Assembly (NCBI GenBank): GCA_008369845.1
Contig: MRSU01002137.1
Span: 1-48,681 of the forward strand
Length of the DNA: 48,681 nt
Direction of reading: 5' to 3'
Origin: Trichomonas gallinae
Lineage: Eukaryota
The notes under the pieces were generated by a model. It saw only the letters and a program-made list of their open reading frames with translations. It did not search any database and was not told the origin of the DNA. The position numbers were made by a program, and so were the translations under genes. Positions 21,132 through 31,437 of this stretch are shown here, one piece after another (positions within the stretch are counted from its first letter, which is position 1; the number at the start of each line of letters is the position of its first letter).

Positions 21132-21346
21132 GCACGTTACAAAATTCAGATGCTAACGTGCTTCTCGAAAAAATCGGTAATTAGCAAGAAAATTAAATAT
21201 AGATACAGTTATATTGATTGAAAGATGTAAAGTTATGAAATATTTTTATATCATTCCAATTGCATCTTGATCTATATTGAATTTGTATCAAAAATCATAT
21301 AAACTCGGCAAAGCACGTTAACTATCAATTTGATGCAGCACGTTAA
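21132..21346. promoter_or_regulatory. Cluster of four GCACGTTA motifs (one inverted pair, one direct pair)
   Basis: GCACGTTA at 21132, 21313 and 21338, and the reverse complement TAACGTGC at 21154. The cluster is upstream of ATG 21467. Role inferred. Confidence 0.4.
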
Positions 21347-21466
21347 GCTGATTTTTAAAATCATACTCCCGATGCATAAAGCAACCATTCTCCAAGAACA
21401 GTTAATTAATTGTGAAGAAATGTCAGAAAGTGAAAATAAACATTCAATTTTTTCTTGATTTCTCTG

Positions 21467-21931
21467 ATGACTAGCAAGCTGAAGCCCACCATCATCCAGA
21501 AAGGGGAATACTTCATCATAAAGAAGGCACCCGGGTCTCGACCAGCCTCTGAGAACTACGAGAAGATTTGGAAAAGGATTGAAGAAAGAATTAGAAGGTG
21601 CTCTTCAAGCTATACATTTGTTCAGAAATATTTGTTCTCATTACCAGATATTACTAAAGGACGATTACTTAATTTAGCTGAAGAAATAGCAAAAAGATTG
21701 AATATAACAGTAGATCGTGTAGCAAAACGAACCAAAGAACCATTAATTTGTTGGTACTGTGAGAACTGGAAATTTATCCATACAATGATCGAGCCTATCT
21801 ATTATGAAATGTTTCGACGCAATATATTTACTAACCATCAACAGAATGTCTCTCCACCGGAGCCTACGACACCTGTTGATCCTTTTGCGGAGTTTGATTT
21901 AGATTTTGATGTTTTTTCTCCTTCTGATTAA
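21467..21931 (+). CDS. Small basic hypothetical protein of the trichomonad 'R.AKR.K..LICW.CENW' type
   Basis: First ATG at 21467 (the ORF track starts at TTG 21455). The motif LAEEIAKRLNITVDRVAKRTKEPLICWYCENW resembles an expanded uncharacterised trichomonad family, from recall. Acidic/Pro-rich tail. Confidence 0.75.
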   Translation: MTSKLKPTIIQKGEYFIIKKAPGSRPASENYEKIWKRIEERIRRCSSSYTFVQKYLFSLPDITKGRLLNLAEEIAKRLNITVDRVAKRTKEPLICWYCENWKFIHTMIEPIYYEMFRRNIFTNHQQNVSPPEPTTPVDPFAEFDLDFDVFSPSD

Positions 21932-22171
21932 ATTATTGTCTTTTTTGTTTTATCGATAAACATAACTACTATTGTTTTCCTAATTTTTTAGCCCCAGACA
22001 ACATTACCTTTTCCGCCGAATTGATGATTATCCATTGATTACTTAATTTCAAAAATGAAATATGCAAATATGAATGTCTTCTGTATTCCAATGCATTTTA
22101 TTAATATATTAACCGAGGGATTGTATGTTAGAAGTTATGTAAAAAGAATATTAAATTTATTCAAACAAAAT

Positions 22172-24298
22172 CTAAACTAATCCGAAGCCTTCTGAGTGTT
22201 CAATAGCGAGCAAAACCTTCTGTTCTAGAGCCTCTTTTGTTTTGTATGCCGGGAGCGAAAACATATTGAAGCAAGTGTGAGATACAGGAAGCATCTGAAG
22301 GTCATTGGTTTTTTGGATAGTCAATTGCACTTCACCGAGTCCTTCTACAGGTGCTCTTGGCGTTCCAGTTGAGAATCTCAAGAATTTCACCTTTTGATCA
22401 TTATTAAATCTGTTGAAGAGGTCCCAGAACCATATAACTTGGATGCTGTCCTTAGTATATCCATCTATATACTTCGCGTTCTTCTTAAGAGCAGCCCAGT
22501 CGAGAACTGCTTCGCCGCTGACTAAAATGTCAATTTCGTCGGCGGAGAATAACTTATAAAGCTTAGAAATCGCGATTTTAATGAATCCATTCAAGAAGGC
22601 CTCATATTGTCTCGATATACTGACGTTGGCCCACCAGTTGATGTAGGATGCGATGTAAGCGTCCAAGTTGTCGTTATTGACTTCGATTTTGTCGCCGTTT
22701 TGAACGAGCGGGATTTCCATCTTCTCGCCGAACTGGTCGATGACCGTCGTGAAAGTGAGGCAAATAGACGAAACATCTTCTCCGTTGTTCCTCATCTCTA
22801 TCATCTGAGAGGCCGTCTGGCAGAAGTCTGCGTCAATTTCGCCCATGTCGCTGAGAGTTATTGGCTTCTCGAGAATCTTCTTGTACAAAAGAGTGGGGAA
22901 ACGAACAGGCAGGACGACGTTGTTGTATATGGCGAGAGAGACGGCTGTTCCCAGCATAGAATAGGCTGAGTAGTCTTCGAAAGGAGTGATGGTGAACCAG
23001 TAGTACCCGTTGATCGTCGTGAACATTCCGTAGTCGGGCGAGAAAACCTGCGATGTCAGCAGATAGAAGAACTCTCTCGAAACACCGCCTTGGTCTATGC
23101 CTTGCTCGCCTTTGAACGTGACGACGAGCCTCTTCATCAGGTCGTCGCTCTTGAGGCGCGGAATCTTCCTGATAGCGTCTTCAACGAGATGATCTCTGCG
23201 GATTTCTAGTATGTTATATATCAGGCTGCTCGTCATGTTTCTGCCTAGAATCAGAGCCTCGTTGATAACTGATCTCGATGCCATAAGATGCTGCTTGTTC
23301 TCTTGTGCAGTCAATAGAACTTTGTGCTTAAATTTCATGTTTAATACGCATGGATATTGAAGAAAAGAAATATTGCTCATTTCATAGCGTTCGAGCTCAC
23401 GAAGTGGATTTAGGCGATTTGAAAGAGCGTAGTTCGCAAAAGATGAGTTTGGAAGATGAAACATTGAATTATCTGAACATTTCTGCAGCAATGTGATAAA
23501 ACTGCATAAATCTGATATTGTCTTTGGTACTAAATTAATGATTGCTTGCTTTAAAACGTATATAGAAAGCAGTGTTTGACATAAAGATACGATCCGTTTC
23601 AAAAGAATTGGATAGCACTGCAAACATGACCAAAACAGCATGTTTGCCTTTGTTGGTAACTTCATTACGTGGTTAATGAGTGGTAAAAATGTTCCTTCGT
23701 AGTTATCTTTGTTGAAATAGATTTCGAATAAGAATATCATCAAAAGTCCACGGACATGTGTATATGTATCGACATTTGGAAGCCGAATGTAGCGTTTGAC
23801 CATCTCATTGAAAGTTAAATAGAAAGGTAGAAAATATCTGTAAGCTCTTTGGAAAACTAATTCGAAGTCTTCGATTAAATCGGCATTTAGAGACATATTT
23901 TGAACAGATAATGGATTGTGATTGATCATTAAAATAAATGAAATATTAATTTCATTGGAAACCACTTCATTAATTGCACTGAGTGCTTGCTCATCTGGAT
24001 TTTGTTTGTGTTTATTGTAGATAATATCGCGAATAATTGAATCAAATTTATCAACTTTCGTAAAAATCGTATTATCGTGATTTACAGGTGAATAGTATCC
24101 ACATAGGCACGGATTATGTGGATAATTGAGTGTTAACTCAACCGCGCGAACAGCAGCTTCCGTTTTATCTTTGAAATGATAGTGATACAAACTAGATGAC
24201 TTGCATTCTTGCTGCTGGCAGTCAATTTTATCGCATCCAACAGTCAGCTGCTCGAAGAAGCCTTTTATTAATGTTTCTACTGAAGGAGTTTCAACCAT
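22172..24298 (-). CDS. HECT E3 ubiquitin ligase, UBE3A/E6AP-like, with an N-terminal AZUL-like region
   Basis: FKGEQGIDQGGVSREFF, KFLRFSTG, catalytic LPVSHTCFN and C-terminal EGFGLV. The N-terminal FFEQLTVGCDKIDCQQQEC resembles the UBE3A AZUL domain. Confidence 0.93.
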   Translation of the reverse strand: MVETPSVETLIKGFFEQLTVGCDKIDCQQQECKSSSLYHYHFKDKTEAAVRAVELTLNYPHNPCLCGYYSPVNHDNTIFTKVDKFDSIIRDIIYNKHKQNPDEQALSAINEVVSNEINISFILMINHNPLSVQNMSLNADLIEDFELVFQRAYRYFLPFYLTFNEMVKRYIRLPNVDTYTHVRGLLMIFLFEIYFNKDNYEGTFLPLINHVMKLPTKANMLFWSCLQCYPILLKRIVSLCQTLLSIYVLKQAIINLVPKTISDLCSFITLLQKCSDNSMFHLPNSSFANYALSNRLNPLRELERYEMSNISFLQYPCVLNMKFKHKVLLTAQENKQHLMASRSVINEALILGRNMTSSLIYNILEIRRDHLVEDAIRKIPRLKSDDLMKRLVVTFKGEQGIDQGGVSREFFYLLTSQVFSPDYGMFTTINGYYWFTITPFEDYSAYSMLGTAVSLAIYNNVVLPVRFPTLLYKKILEKPITLSDMGEIDADFCQTASQMIEMRNNGEDVSSICLTFTTVIDQFGEKMEIPLVQNGDKIEVNNDNLDAYIASYINWWANVSISRQYEAFLNGFIKIAISKLYKLFSADEIDILVSGEAVLDWAALKKNAKYIDGYTKDSIQVIWFWDLFNRFNNDQKVKFLRFSTGTPRAPVEGLGEVQLTIQKTNDLQMLPVSHTCFNMFSLPAYKTKEALEQKVLLAIEHSEGFGLV

Positions 24299-24589
24299 TT
24301 TTTGGACTAAAAAAATCTTTACAAAATTTTAGATAAATATTAATAATAGCATTTGCACCTCATTTATACATAAAAATTTCGTATTCGAATTTTATACATC
24401 GTTATAAAAAAATTTTATCATACATTAATTTATTGTAAATTTAATAAAAAGTTAAAAATATTTTTCACGGACTAAAAAAATAATGTTTTTTTCATTAAAT
24501 AATATGATATTCATGATGGAACGGGAACAAATACATCAAAATTTAATTAATAAACAAAATCTTTAATATAACAATACAATCTTCCTGAT

Positions 24590-25981
24590 TTAGAATCTGG
24601 GAACCCTCCTACGAGGCATTTGTTTTTGATTAACTGGTTCATGATTATTATTATTTTCTTGCAATTTTTGAAGGAGTAAAGTTCTTCCTAAAGTTTGTTT
24701 TGATGTTTCTCTCCTTGTGTTCTCTGGGACGAATTCAGACAAGTCTAATCCTTCAAATTGAAATTCGTAATTATTTTCTTCTTTAAATTGAGCAAGCATC
24801 TTGAGGAGCTTCTGCTCCATTTTTGGTATTGTCTCTTGAGCCACCTTTCTATTCTTTTCTTCTTCAACTCTTCGTCGAGCAGATCCGCGTTCTTTCGACA
24901 TATACGACTTTGTGGGGTCATTCTTCAACGAAGCTTTGGCACTTTCTATTTCGCTTATAAGGGAAATAATCGGCTGAGCTTTGATTTGTTTTTGTTTGAG
25001 TGAATTAAGCTGATTTCTTAGGTAAATTGCTTTGGCTTCAAGGTCATCATTGTCTCCTGTAAATTTAAGATATGAAACAGGTGAGACTCTCAATTCGTCG
25101 CACGTTTTTTTAATTTCTCGCTGAATTTCTTTAATAACTGTTGGAAGGCTATTTTCGGCTTCCTTTTGGAGTTTCATGATCTCGTTTAGTAGTATATCGG
25201 TGTTTTCGGCTGACGGATTTTGAGGTTTCGAAAGTCTTGATTCTATTGCTAAAACTTCGTATAAATAGGAAACGCGGTTCCATAATTTATCTATCTGCTC
25301 TTCGTTTGATTCCCTTAATTCCTGTAAAACGCTTAAATCTTTCTGTAGTACTGATATGGAGTCATTATCTATTAAATTGTTTTCTATTATGTGATTTGTT
25401 TGTTCAGACAAGGGTTCTTGTATATAATCGGCAATTTCTTGTATCTGTTGTGTTATCGATGTAAATAATTTCTTTCTTTGTTGAATTTCAATATCGAGCT
25501 TTTTTGCGTGTTGCTTAAATCTTTCTAATCTATCTACAGTTAAATCCTCTGATCCTATTTCAGCGAATTCTCCTCTGCCTTCTTCATCTATCTTTAACAA
25601 TTCAAACTGTTGTAATAAAATTTCATAAATATCGTTAAATTCCTGATTTCTTGATTCGTATTTCATTCTCAGTTCTTCTGTTACATCTGCCATATAATTA
25701 ATTTGATCGCGCAGCGAGTACTTAGGACTGAGCGGAGGCAGACCCTCCTCATCGCCGTAAGTTTGCTGAACATGTTGATATTCGATGATTGCATTTCTGA
25801 GTTCCGCACGCAAATCTTCGCAGTTTACCGACGTTTCTTCAATAAATTTTTGATACGCTTGAATTAAAACCATTTCGAGCTTTTTGGCTTCAGCAGCTTT
25901 CTCAACCTTCGTAAGCCCTATTGACACCCACAATCTATCAAGATTCGGGTCAATCATAAATGAAATCAGTTTTTTACTCAT
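24590..25981 (-). CDS. MAP65/Ase1/PRC1 family microtubule-bundling protein
   Basis: N-terminal LDRLWVSIG, coiled-coil rod, and the family signature region RGSARRRVEEEKNRK...IPKMEQKL...FKEENNYEFQFEG. Confidence 0.8.
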   Translation of the reverse strand: MSKKLISFMIDPNLDRLWVSIGLTKVEKAAEAKKLEMVLIQAYQKFIEETSVNCEDLRAELRNAIIEYQHVQQTYGDEEGLPPLSPKYSLRDQINYMADVTEELRMKYESRNQEFNDIYEILLQQFELLKIDEEGRGEFAEIGSEDLTVDRLERFKQHAKKLDIEIQQRKKLFTSITQQIQEIADYIQEPLSEQTNHIIENNLIDNDSISVLQKDLSVLQELRESNEEQIDKLWNRVSYLYEVLAIESRLSKPQNPSAENTDILLNEIMKLQKEAENSLPTVIKEIQREIKKTCDELRVSPVSYLKFTGDNDDLEAKAIYLRNQLNSLKQKQIKAQPIISLISEIESAKASLKNDPTKSYMSKERGSARRRVEEEKNRKVAQETIPKMEQKLLKMLAQFKEENNYEFQFEGLDLSEFVPENTRRETSKQTLGRTLLLQKLQENNNNHEPVNQKQMPRRRVPRF

Positions 25982-26282
25982 TATATAAAAATTGTCAGTT
26001 TTATTTATGAAAAAAAAATTATTTTTTATTTGTTATTTAATATCATTATTTATTAATTCACAACAATATCACTCAAAAATGCAAAAATAACCGGAGAAAT
26101 CCTAAAATTCACTAACATTTTACATAATTTCTATAAATAATAATAGTAAATTAATAATAAAATCATATCTTAAATTTTAATTTTTGTTATTTTTGCTAAA
26201 AAATCCGAAAATAAATAAAAAAATAGTAAAAATTATAATAAAAAATCAAATTTTTAAAGACGTTTAGTTAAATTATATAAAA

Positions 26283-27500
26283 ATGAGCGATTTCGAAGGC
26301 AAGGAAGACTCTTTTGACCTTGATTTAGATACTAAAAAGGACACATCACTACATAATATCGGATTGTCTACTTCTTCTGATGTTGTCGATCAAATTGAAA
26401 TAGATGAAAATATTATCAAGACGGAAAACACAAATAAGAGCATAACAAAACAATCTATCAATGAAGAAGTCTATGAAAATGAAATAAATATCGATAAATA
26501 CGATAAACTTCTTAAAGAACTTTCTACTGAATCTCAATCGGTTGAATTACCGAAAGTTTCGAGTCAGCCAAATGACACATTACTTATTTGCCGTGAAGTT
26601 TCGAAAATAGTTTCAAAAGTTATTCCAGAATCAAGAATTCCTTCTGATTCTGAAAATCAAAAGCAATTCATCATTTCTACAGTTCAAAAACTTGTCGACA
26701 TGATTGAAAACACGGACAAAATACCGAAATACCAGTCTCTTCTTGCGAAATACAAAAAACGAGAAGAAACTATTATTAAATTACAAGAAAAATGCGATCA
26801 GCTTTATGATAAAGTCAATGAATACAAGGTTGAGATCCAAAAGATATCATCAAATCAAGAAAATCAGAAAGATCTTCAAATTGCAGAAAATATCAAACAA
26901 ATTGCGAAATTAGTTGAAATACAGAAGCAGACACAAAAGAAACTGCTAAAAGAAACGAAGAATCTCAACAAAATCGAGCTTTCACCTCGTTCAGAATCAA
27001 GATCAAAACCGAAAAAATATATTCAGCCTGTAGAAGAGAGCGAGTCTTCTGATGCTGTTGTCAACATAGCAGAGAAACCGTCTTCACGTCAATACGCGGA
27101 CGAAGAAATAACAAGAAACAGAAAACAACATAGAGACGAATCTTTTACAAATATTCGCAAAATGAAGAGGATTCCTTACCCAGAGACATCATCTTCCGAC
27201 GAAATCTCAAGTGATTTGATTATTATGAGGGCTAAACCCAATAAAATCACAAAAATCACAAAAGTTCACGGCAAATCTCGATCTAAGAATTACAGAGATG
27301 ATTTAGAATCATATGACATAGAGACAAGCAATAAACAGCGTAATTATAGTAAGCTGGGCCATAAAGTTAATAAATTAATTGGAATAACAAACAAAATTCA
27401 AGATGATTTCAAAAACTCAAACGGAGAGAGCCTCTCATTATCGCATCTATCAATGCTACACGAGTCATTACTAGAAGCCGAGCGCAAACTTAAGAAATAA
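26283..27500 (+). CDS. Hypothetical coiled-coil protein
   Basis: 405-aa ORF, K/E/Q-rich heptad region and Ser-rich low complexity. No family recognised. Confidence 0.7.
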   Translation: MSDFEGKEDSFDLDLDTKKDTSLHNIGLSTSSDVVDQIEIDENIIKTENTNKSITKQSINEEVYENEINIDKYDKLLKELSTESQSVELPKVSSQPNDTLLICREVSKIVSKVIPESRIPSDSENQKQFIISTVQKLVDMIENTDKIPKYQSLLAKYKKREETIIKLQEKCDQLYDKVNEYKVEIQKISSNQENQKDLQIAENIKQIAKLVEIQKQTQKKLLKETKNLNKIELSPRSESRSKPKKYIQPVEESESSDAVVNIAEKPSSRQYADEEITRNRKQHRDESFTNIRKMKRIPYPETSSSDEISSDLIIMRAKPNKITKITKVHGKSRSKNYRDDLESYDIETSNKQRNYSKLGHKVNKLIGITNKIQDDFKNSNGESLSLSHLSMLHESLLEAERKLKK

Positions 27501-27635
27501 ACTTTGTTTTTAATTTTTTAATTTTAAATTTTGTTTTAAGCCAAAAATAATGTTATTTTATTACATTCTGTGTTCAAATATAATGGTTAAAGATATTTTG
27601 AGTGTTTAATAATAAATTTAGAACATAAAATTAAT

Positions 27636-29315
27636 TTAATGGACTGTAACATCGAGTTCTGTCATTTCGCCCATCTGTGTTAGCTTGTCTGCATCAATGA
27701 TATCCTCACTGATTTCCTTCAAAGCGACGCAGAGTCTGTAGATCTCTTGTTTGAGCATTTCTTGCCTAGCAATGTCGACAACAGAGCGAAGCTTTGCGAA
27801 CTGGCCCTTAATTGCCTGCTTCTCCTCGGCTTCGTTGGCGATGTTTACGACTCTCTTGTATTGAGCGATATATCCAGGACAACCTGCGCACAATTCAACC
27901 TTTAGTGTCATGTTCGGCTCCTTTATGAGGATCTCCGGCATCGGGTCTGGAGTGATTAAGTGCTCTGTAGAAACGTTTTTAGATTCGACATCGAAGAATT
28001 TGAAGAATTCGCTCTCTTCGAGTGCGGCGATGAAGAATGGACAGTTTTGGAGGGCCTTGTTCAAAGCTTCTGGAATTGAAACTGGCTTTTTAGAAGCGAA
28101 TTTTTCTGGAGCTTCGATTGCGATGCAGCAGCAGTCGTAATGATCTAACACGTAGACAGCATTGTTGTATCCGAAGCATTTTGCGAGATTGTCTGGAAGC
28201 AAGAACATCAAATTGAGGAATTCTTCGAATCCTTCTTGATTATTCCATGCTCTGTGTATCTGGGAGGCTGTTTGCTGAACCAATGTTGTTGGGAATCCAG
28301 GGAATCTCTGCAAAACTGGTGGAATCGCAGGCATCATTGGCATTTCAATCAAGGAGTTCAAAAATTGTTGAATTTGTCCAATAACAGGCGCATATTTCAT
28401 ATTTGATGCTCTTAATGATGCCAATGTCATAGATGTAATAAGTCCGTAGAGCTTTGGAATGTCTTCGATGTAAATTTGCTGTAATTGCCAGTTGATTGGG
28501 AAGATTAAGTAATGTGAGCTTTCTTGTGACAGCAAGAGCTTCTGGTTGAACAGCGAAACGATCGCGTGCAACAATGTTGATTTGCCGGATTGCGGAGGAC
28601 CGGTGAAAGTGAACTTGCAGCTATCAGGAGTGAGTCCCTTGAGGAGATCCATGGCGATCTGTGTTGTCTGCTGGCCCAAAGGTGTGTCACTGATGATGCT
28701 TGTCGGTCCAATGAATTGAGAAAGGAGAGAATCTTCGATGAGGAACTGATTTGTGTCATCAGACAGCTTCTGGAGGGCCTGGGCACATGGAAGTTGTGAC
28801 TTATGTGCCGGAGAAAGCGAAGAATAAAGGCTGAGAAGCGAATCTCTGAGATTTTCCTTTACTGTGTTCTGAGAAGCTGCGATTGCGATGTGTTGGTAGG
28901 AGTCTTCTGGTTTAGCCTTGTATTCTGGCTGTGGAACGATCGGCAATGTTTTCTTTCCAGCTGAGTATTGTTTTGGAAGTCTTGTCTTGTATAAAGGCTG
29001 CTCAGACTCATCAGGAGCTGGTGCAGTGCAAGAAATGTATAATTTCATGTCGGGCTGAATTTGAGAAAATTCTGTAATCAATTTATTCTGCTCATTGAAT
29101 ATCTGCTGAGCAGGGCGTTTCAATCCGAGTGATTTTGTCGCGAGTTTGAGATATGGCTCGATTGATTCGGGATTTTTAATATCGGCTTTTGGAATTTTAG
29201 CGAAAACAGGGTCCTCATCGCGGAAATCGAATTTGTAGAATTGCACGCCTTTCACTTCGCCAGCCTTGTTGGAGGTGGGCGTCCTTGGCTGCCTCAAAGA
29301 ACGAGGAGTTTGCAT
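27636..29315 (-). CDS. Hypothetical protein with an N-terminal doublecortin-like domain and a P-loop NTPase-like domain
   Basis: 559 aa. LKLATKSLGLKRPAQQIFNEQNKLITEFSQIQPDMKLYIS fits a DCX pattern. Walker A FTFTGPPQSGKST and candidate Walker B VYVLDHYD. Confidence 0.7.
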   Translation of the reverse strand: MQTPRSLRQPRTPTSNKAGEVKGVQFYKFDFRDEDPVFAKIPKADIKNPESIEPYLKLATKSLGLKRPAQQIFNEQNKLITEFSQIQPDMKLYISCTAPAPDESEQPLYKTRLPKQYSAGKKTLPIVPQPEYKAKPEDSYQHIAIAASQNTVKENLRDSLLSLYSSLSPAHKSQLPCAQALQKLSDDTNQFLIEDSLLSQFIGPTSIISDTPLGQQTTQIAMDLLKGLTPDSCKFTFTGPPQSGKSTLLHAIVSLFNQKLLLSQESSHYLIFPINWQLQQIYIEDIPKLYGLITSMTLASLRASNMKYAPVIGQIQQFLNSLIEMPMMPAIPPVLQRFPGFPTTLVQQTASQIHRAWNNQEGFEEFLNLMFLLPDNLAKCFGYNNAVYVLDHYDCCCIAIEAPEKFASKKPVSIPEALNKALQNCPFFIAALEESEFFKFFDVESKNVSTEHLITPDPMPEILIKEPNMTLKVELCAGCPGYIAQYKRVVNIANEAEEKQAIKGQFAKLRSVVDIARQEMLKQEIYRLCVALKEISEDIIDADKLTQMGEMTELDVTVH

Positions 29316-29364
29316 TTTTTTTTATTTATATTGTAAACTGACGAATTCCAATTTTTTTCGGTGG

Positions 29365-30000
29365 ATTCGCAGTTTTGGTCTTTGCTATTAATATATTCGC
29401 CTTTTTTTCGCTTATTGGATGACATTTGAACGTTCCCACTCTGTATATACTAGAATTTCAAAATTCAATTTGAAATTTTAACAGTTTTGAGACTTGTTAT
29501 TAATATATTCGCCTTTTTTCACTTATTAGATGCCATTTGATTGTTCCTACCTTGTGTTAATGAAAAAATCAAAATAAATATGAAAAATTCTCAGTTTTGG
29601 GATTTTTTATTAATATATTCGTCTTTTTTCATGTATTGGATTCAATTTGACTGTTCTCGCTCTGTATATATTAGAATTGGAAATATTCAAAATTCAATAT
29701 AAAAAATTTACAGTTTTGGAGTTTGTTATTAGAGTATTTGCCTTTTTCATGTATTGGATGCTGTATGACTGCTTCTCCCTTGTGTTTAATGGAAAATGTT
29801 AAAATCTCAGAATTGAAGATGAATAATTCACATTTTAAATAGTTTAGTCATTCATTTTTCTAATATTGGATTATACTTGACTATTCATGCCTTGTGCTTT
29901 TGAAGGTTGTTATTTCTCAGATTAAATTTACAAAATTCGCAGTTTTACTAGTTTATTCATTCATTGTTTCATGTGTCGGATGCTAGTGAAGTATTTTCCT
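29365..30000. repeat. Degenerate ~110-120-bp tandem repeat, about 6 units
   Basis: Unit anchors CAGTTTT at 29370, 29482, 29592, 29711, 29831 (variant) and 29940. TATTAATATATTCG at 29386, 29498 and 29608. Confidence 0.9.
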
Positions 30001-30257
30001 TTTGAATCCTTTAAAATATTCAATAAAATTAAAAAAAAAACAAGATTGACTAATAGTTATATGGTAAAAATTGAAATCATACTTGTGCAAATTATAGCTC
30101 TACTTTCTGTCTGCAAATTTCCTGATTTTTTTGAAATTATGTCGTTTATTGTGAGTAATTATTAATCAGTATTACCACCAAACCCCAATTCTTCATTTTT
30201 ATTAAATGGATAAAAAATAATCGAAAAAATTTTATGAAATAAAGCAAAAATTTGTAT

Positions 30258-31073
30258 TTAGTTTTTGGAGATAATAAGTTTGCCGGAAATATCGAAATCT
30301 CTGAGGACAAGTTGCTTGTTCTGGTTATGTGTAACATCAAAGATCATAATACGGAAGAATCTGTAGAATTCAAAGCTTTCTGGGTTAGTAATTTCGTATT
30401 CAGCTAATTTACAATCTCTAGCAAGTTTGGTATCAGATTTTCTAGTATCAATACTCTTCCAGTCGCTTAAGCGCTCATCATTTGTTCCTTCGAAAGACCA
30501 GTTGCAAATACCATTAAGATTCTTTGAGCAGCCAACATAATACTTAGTGACTTGGGCCTTAAGGAAAGGTGGAAGCTCGAAAATGATATGAGCTTTATCT
30601 TCTGGTGTAGATGTAAAATGCTTTCCTTTGTCTTCATCGTATACAAATGCATATGATGATTGTGTGTTTGGTTTTGTGCCTGAAACTTTAATTAAGCCCT
30701 GAGTAATTGGATTTACAAAAGGCCTTGTTCCTCCAGCTGTAGCAAGAAGAGTAATGATTTTATCTACAGTAATATTTGGAACTTCGGATGGCTGCTGAAC
30801 TGCCTTTACGAAATTCACTAACATCTCTTTTGTAATCTCTGGTGTAACAACAAGATAGGCTCTAAGTTGAAGGAGGACTTGATCATGGAGGCGAATCCAG
30901 CCCTTCATGATTTCAACATATTTCTCATCTGGTAACCAATCAGCGTTCTGGACTTTGTCCATTTGATCAATAGAAAATCTCATGAAATCTATATCCTTTA
31001 TCTCTACAAGAGCTTGATCAACTGTTATTTCCTTACTGTTGACCTTGGCACAGACTGCTTCAAACTTGTCCAT
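30258..31073 (-). CDS. F5/8 type C (discoidin/galactose-binding-like) domain protein
   Basis: C-terminal HIIFEL..VTKY..NWSFEGTND..WKSIDTR..YRFFRI pattern, with a helical N-terminal half. Confidence 0.75.
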   Translation of the reverse strand: MDKFEAVCAKVNSKEITVDQALVEIKDIDFMRFSIDQMDKVQNADWLPDEKYVEIMKGWIRLHDQVLLQLRAYLVVTPEITKEMLVNFVKAVQQPSEVPNITVDKIITLLATAGGTRPFVNPITQGLIKVSGTKPNTQSSYAFVYDEDKGKHFTSTPEDKAHIIFELPPFLKAQVTKYYVGCSKNLNGICNWSFEGTNDERLSDWKSIDTRKSDTKLARDCKLAEYEITNPESFEFYRFFRIMIFDVTHNQNKQLVLRDFDISGKLIISKN

Positions 31074-31081
31074 TATTTTAA

Positions 31082-31096
31082 AATGTCAAAACCGTA
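31082..31096 (-). promoter_or_regulatory. M3-like (TACGGTTT) plus Inr-like (ACATT) core promoter
   Basis: The minus strand reads TACGGTTT-TG-ACATT-TTAAAATA-ATG directly before the 31073 start. It matches recalled Trichomonas core promoter consensus motifs. Confidence 0.5.
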
Positions 31097-31437
31097 AAAA
31101 TGATGACACTAAATTTATTCAAATCGGCCCAAAATTTGATATTTGGGATCTACACACTATATAGATACGATGTATCTACTAAAATGAAGAAAAAAATAAA
31201 TTAGGCAGAAAATTTTCCAGAAGAAATTTAGGTAGATTTCAGTGAAAAATAGGACTATTTAGCACCAATGAAGTTATTTTATAATAAAAACGTTATAAAT
31301 TATCCAACAATTATATTTTTTTAACCAATAACGACTTTGGAAGTTTGAATTCCTTAGTTACAGACCTTTTCTTCTCATATAACAGATTCAAGTCATTATG
31401 CTTTATAATTTTAAAATTCAATTGTCACAAAAAAAAA

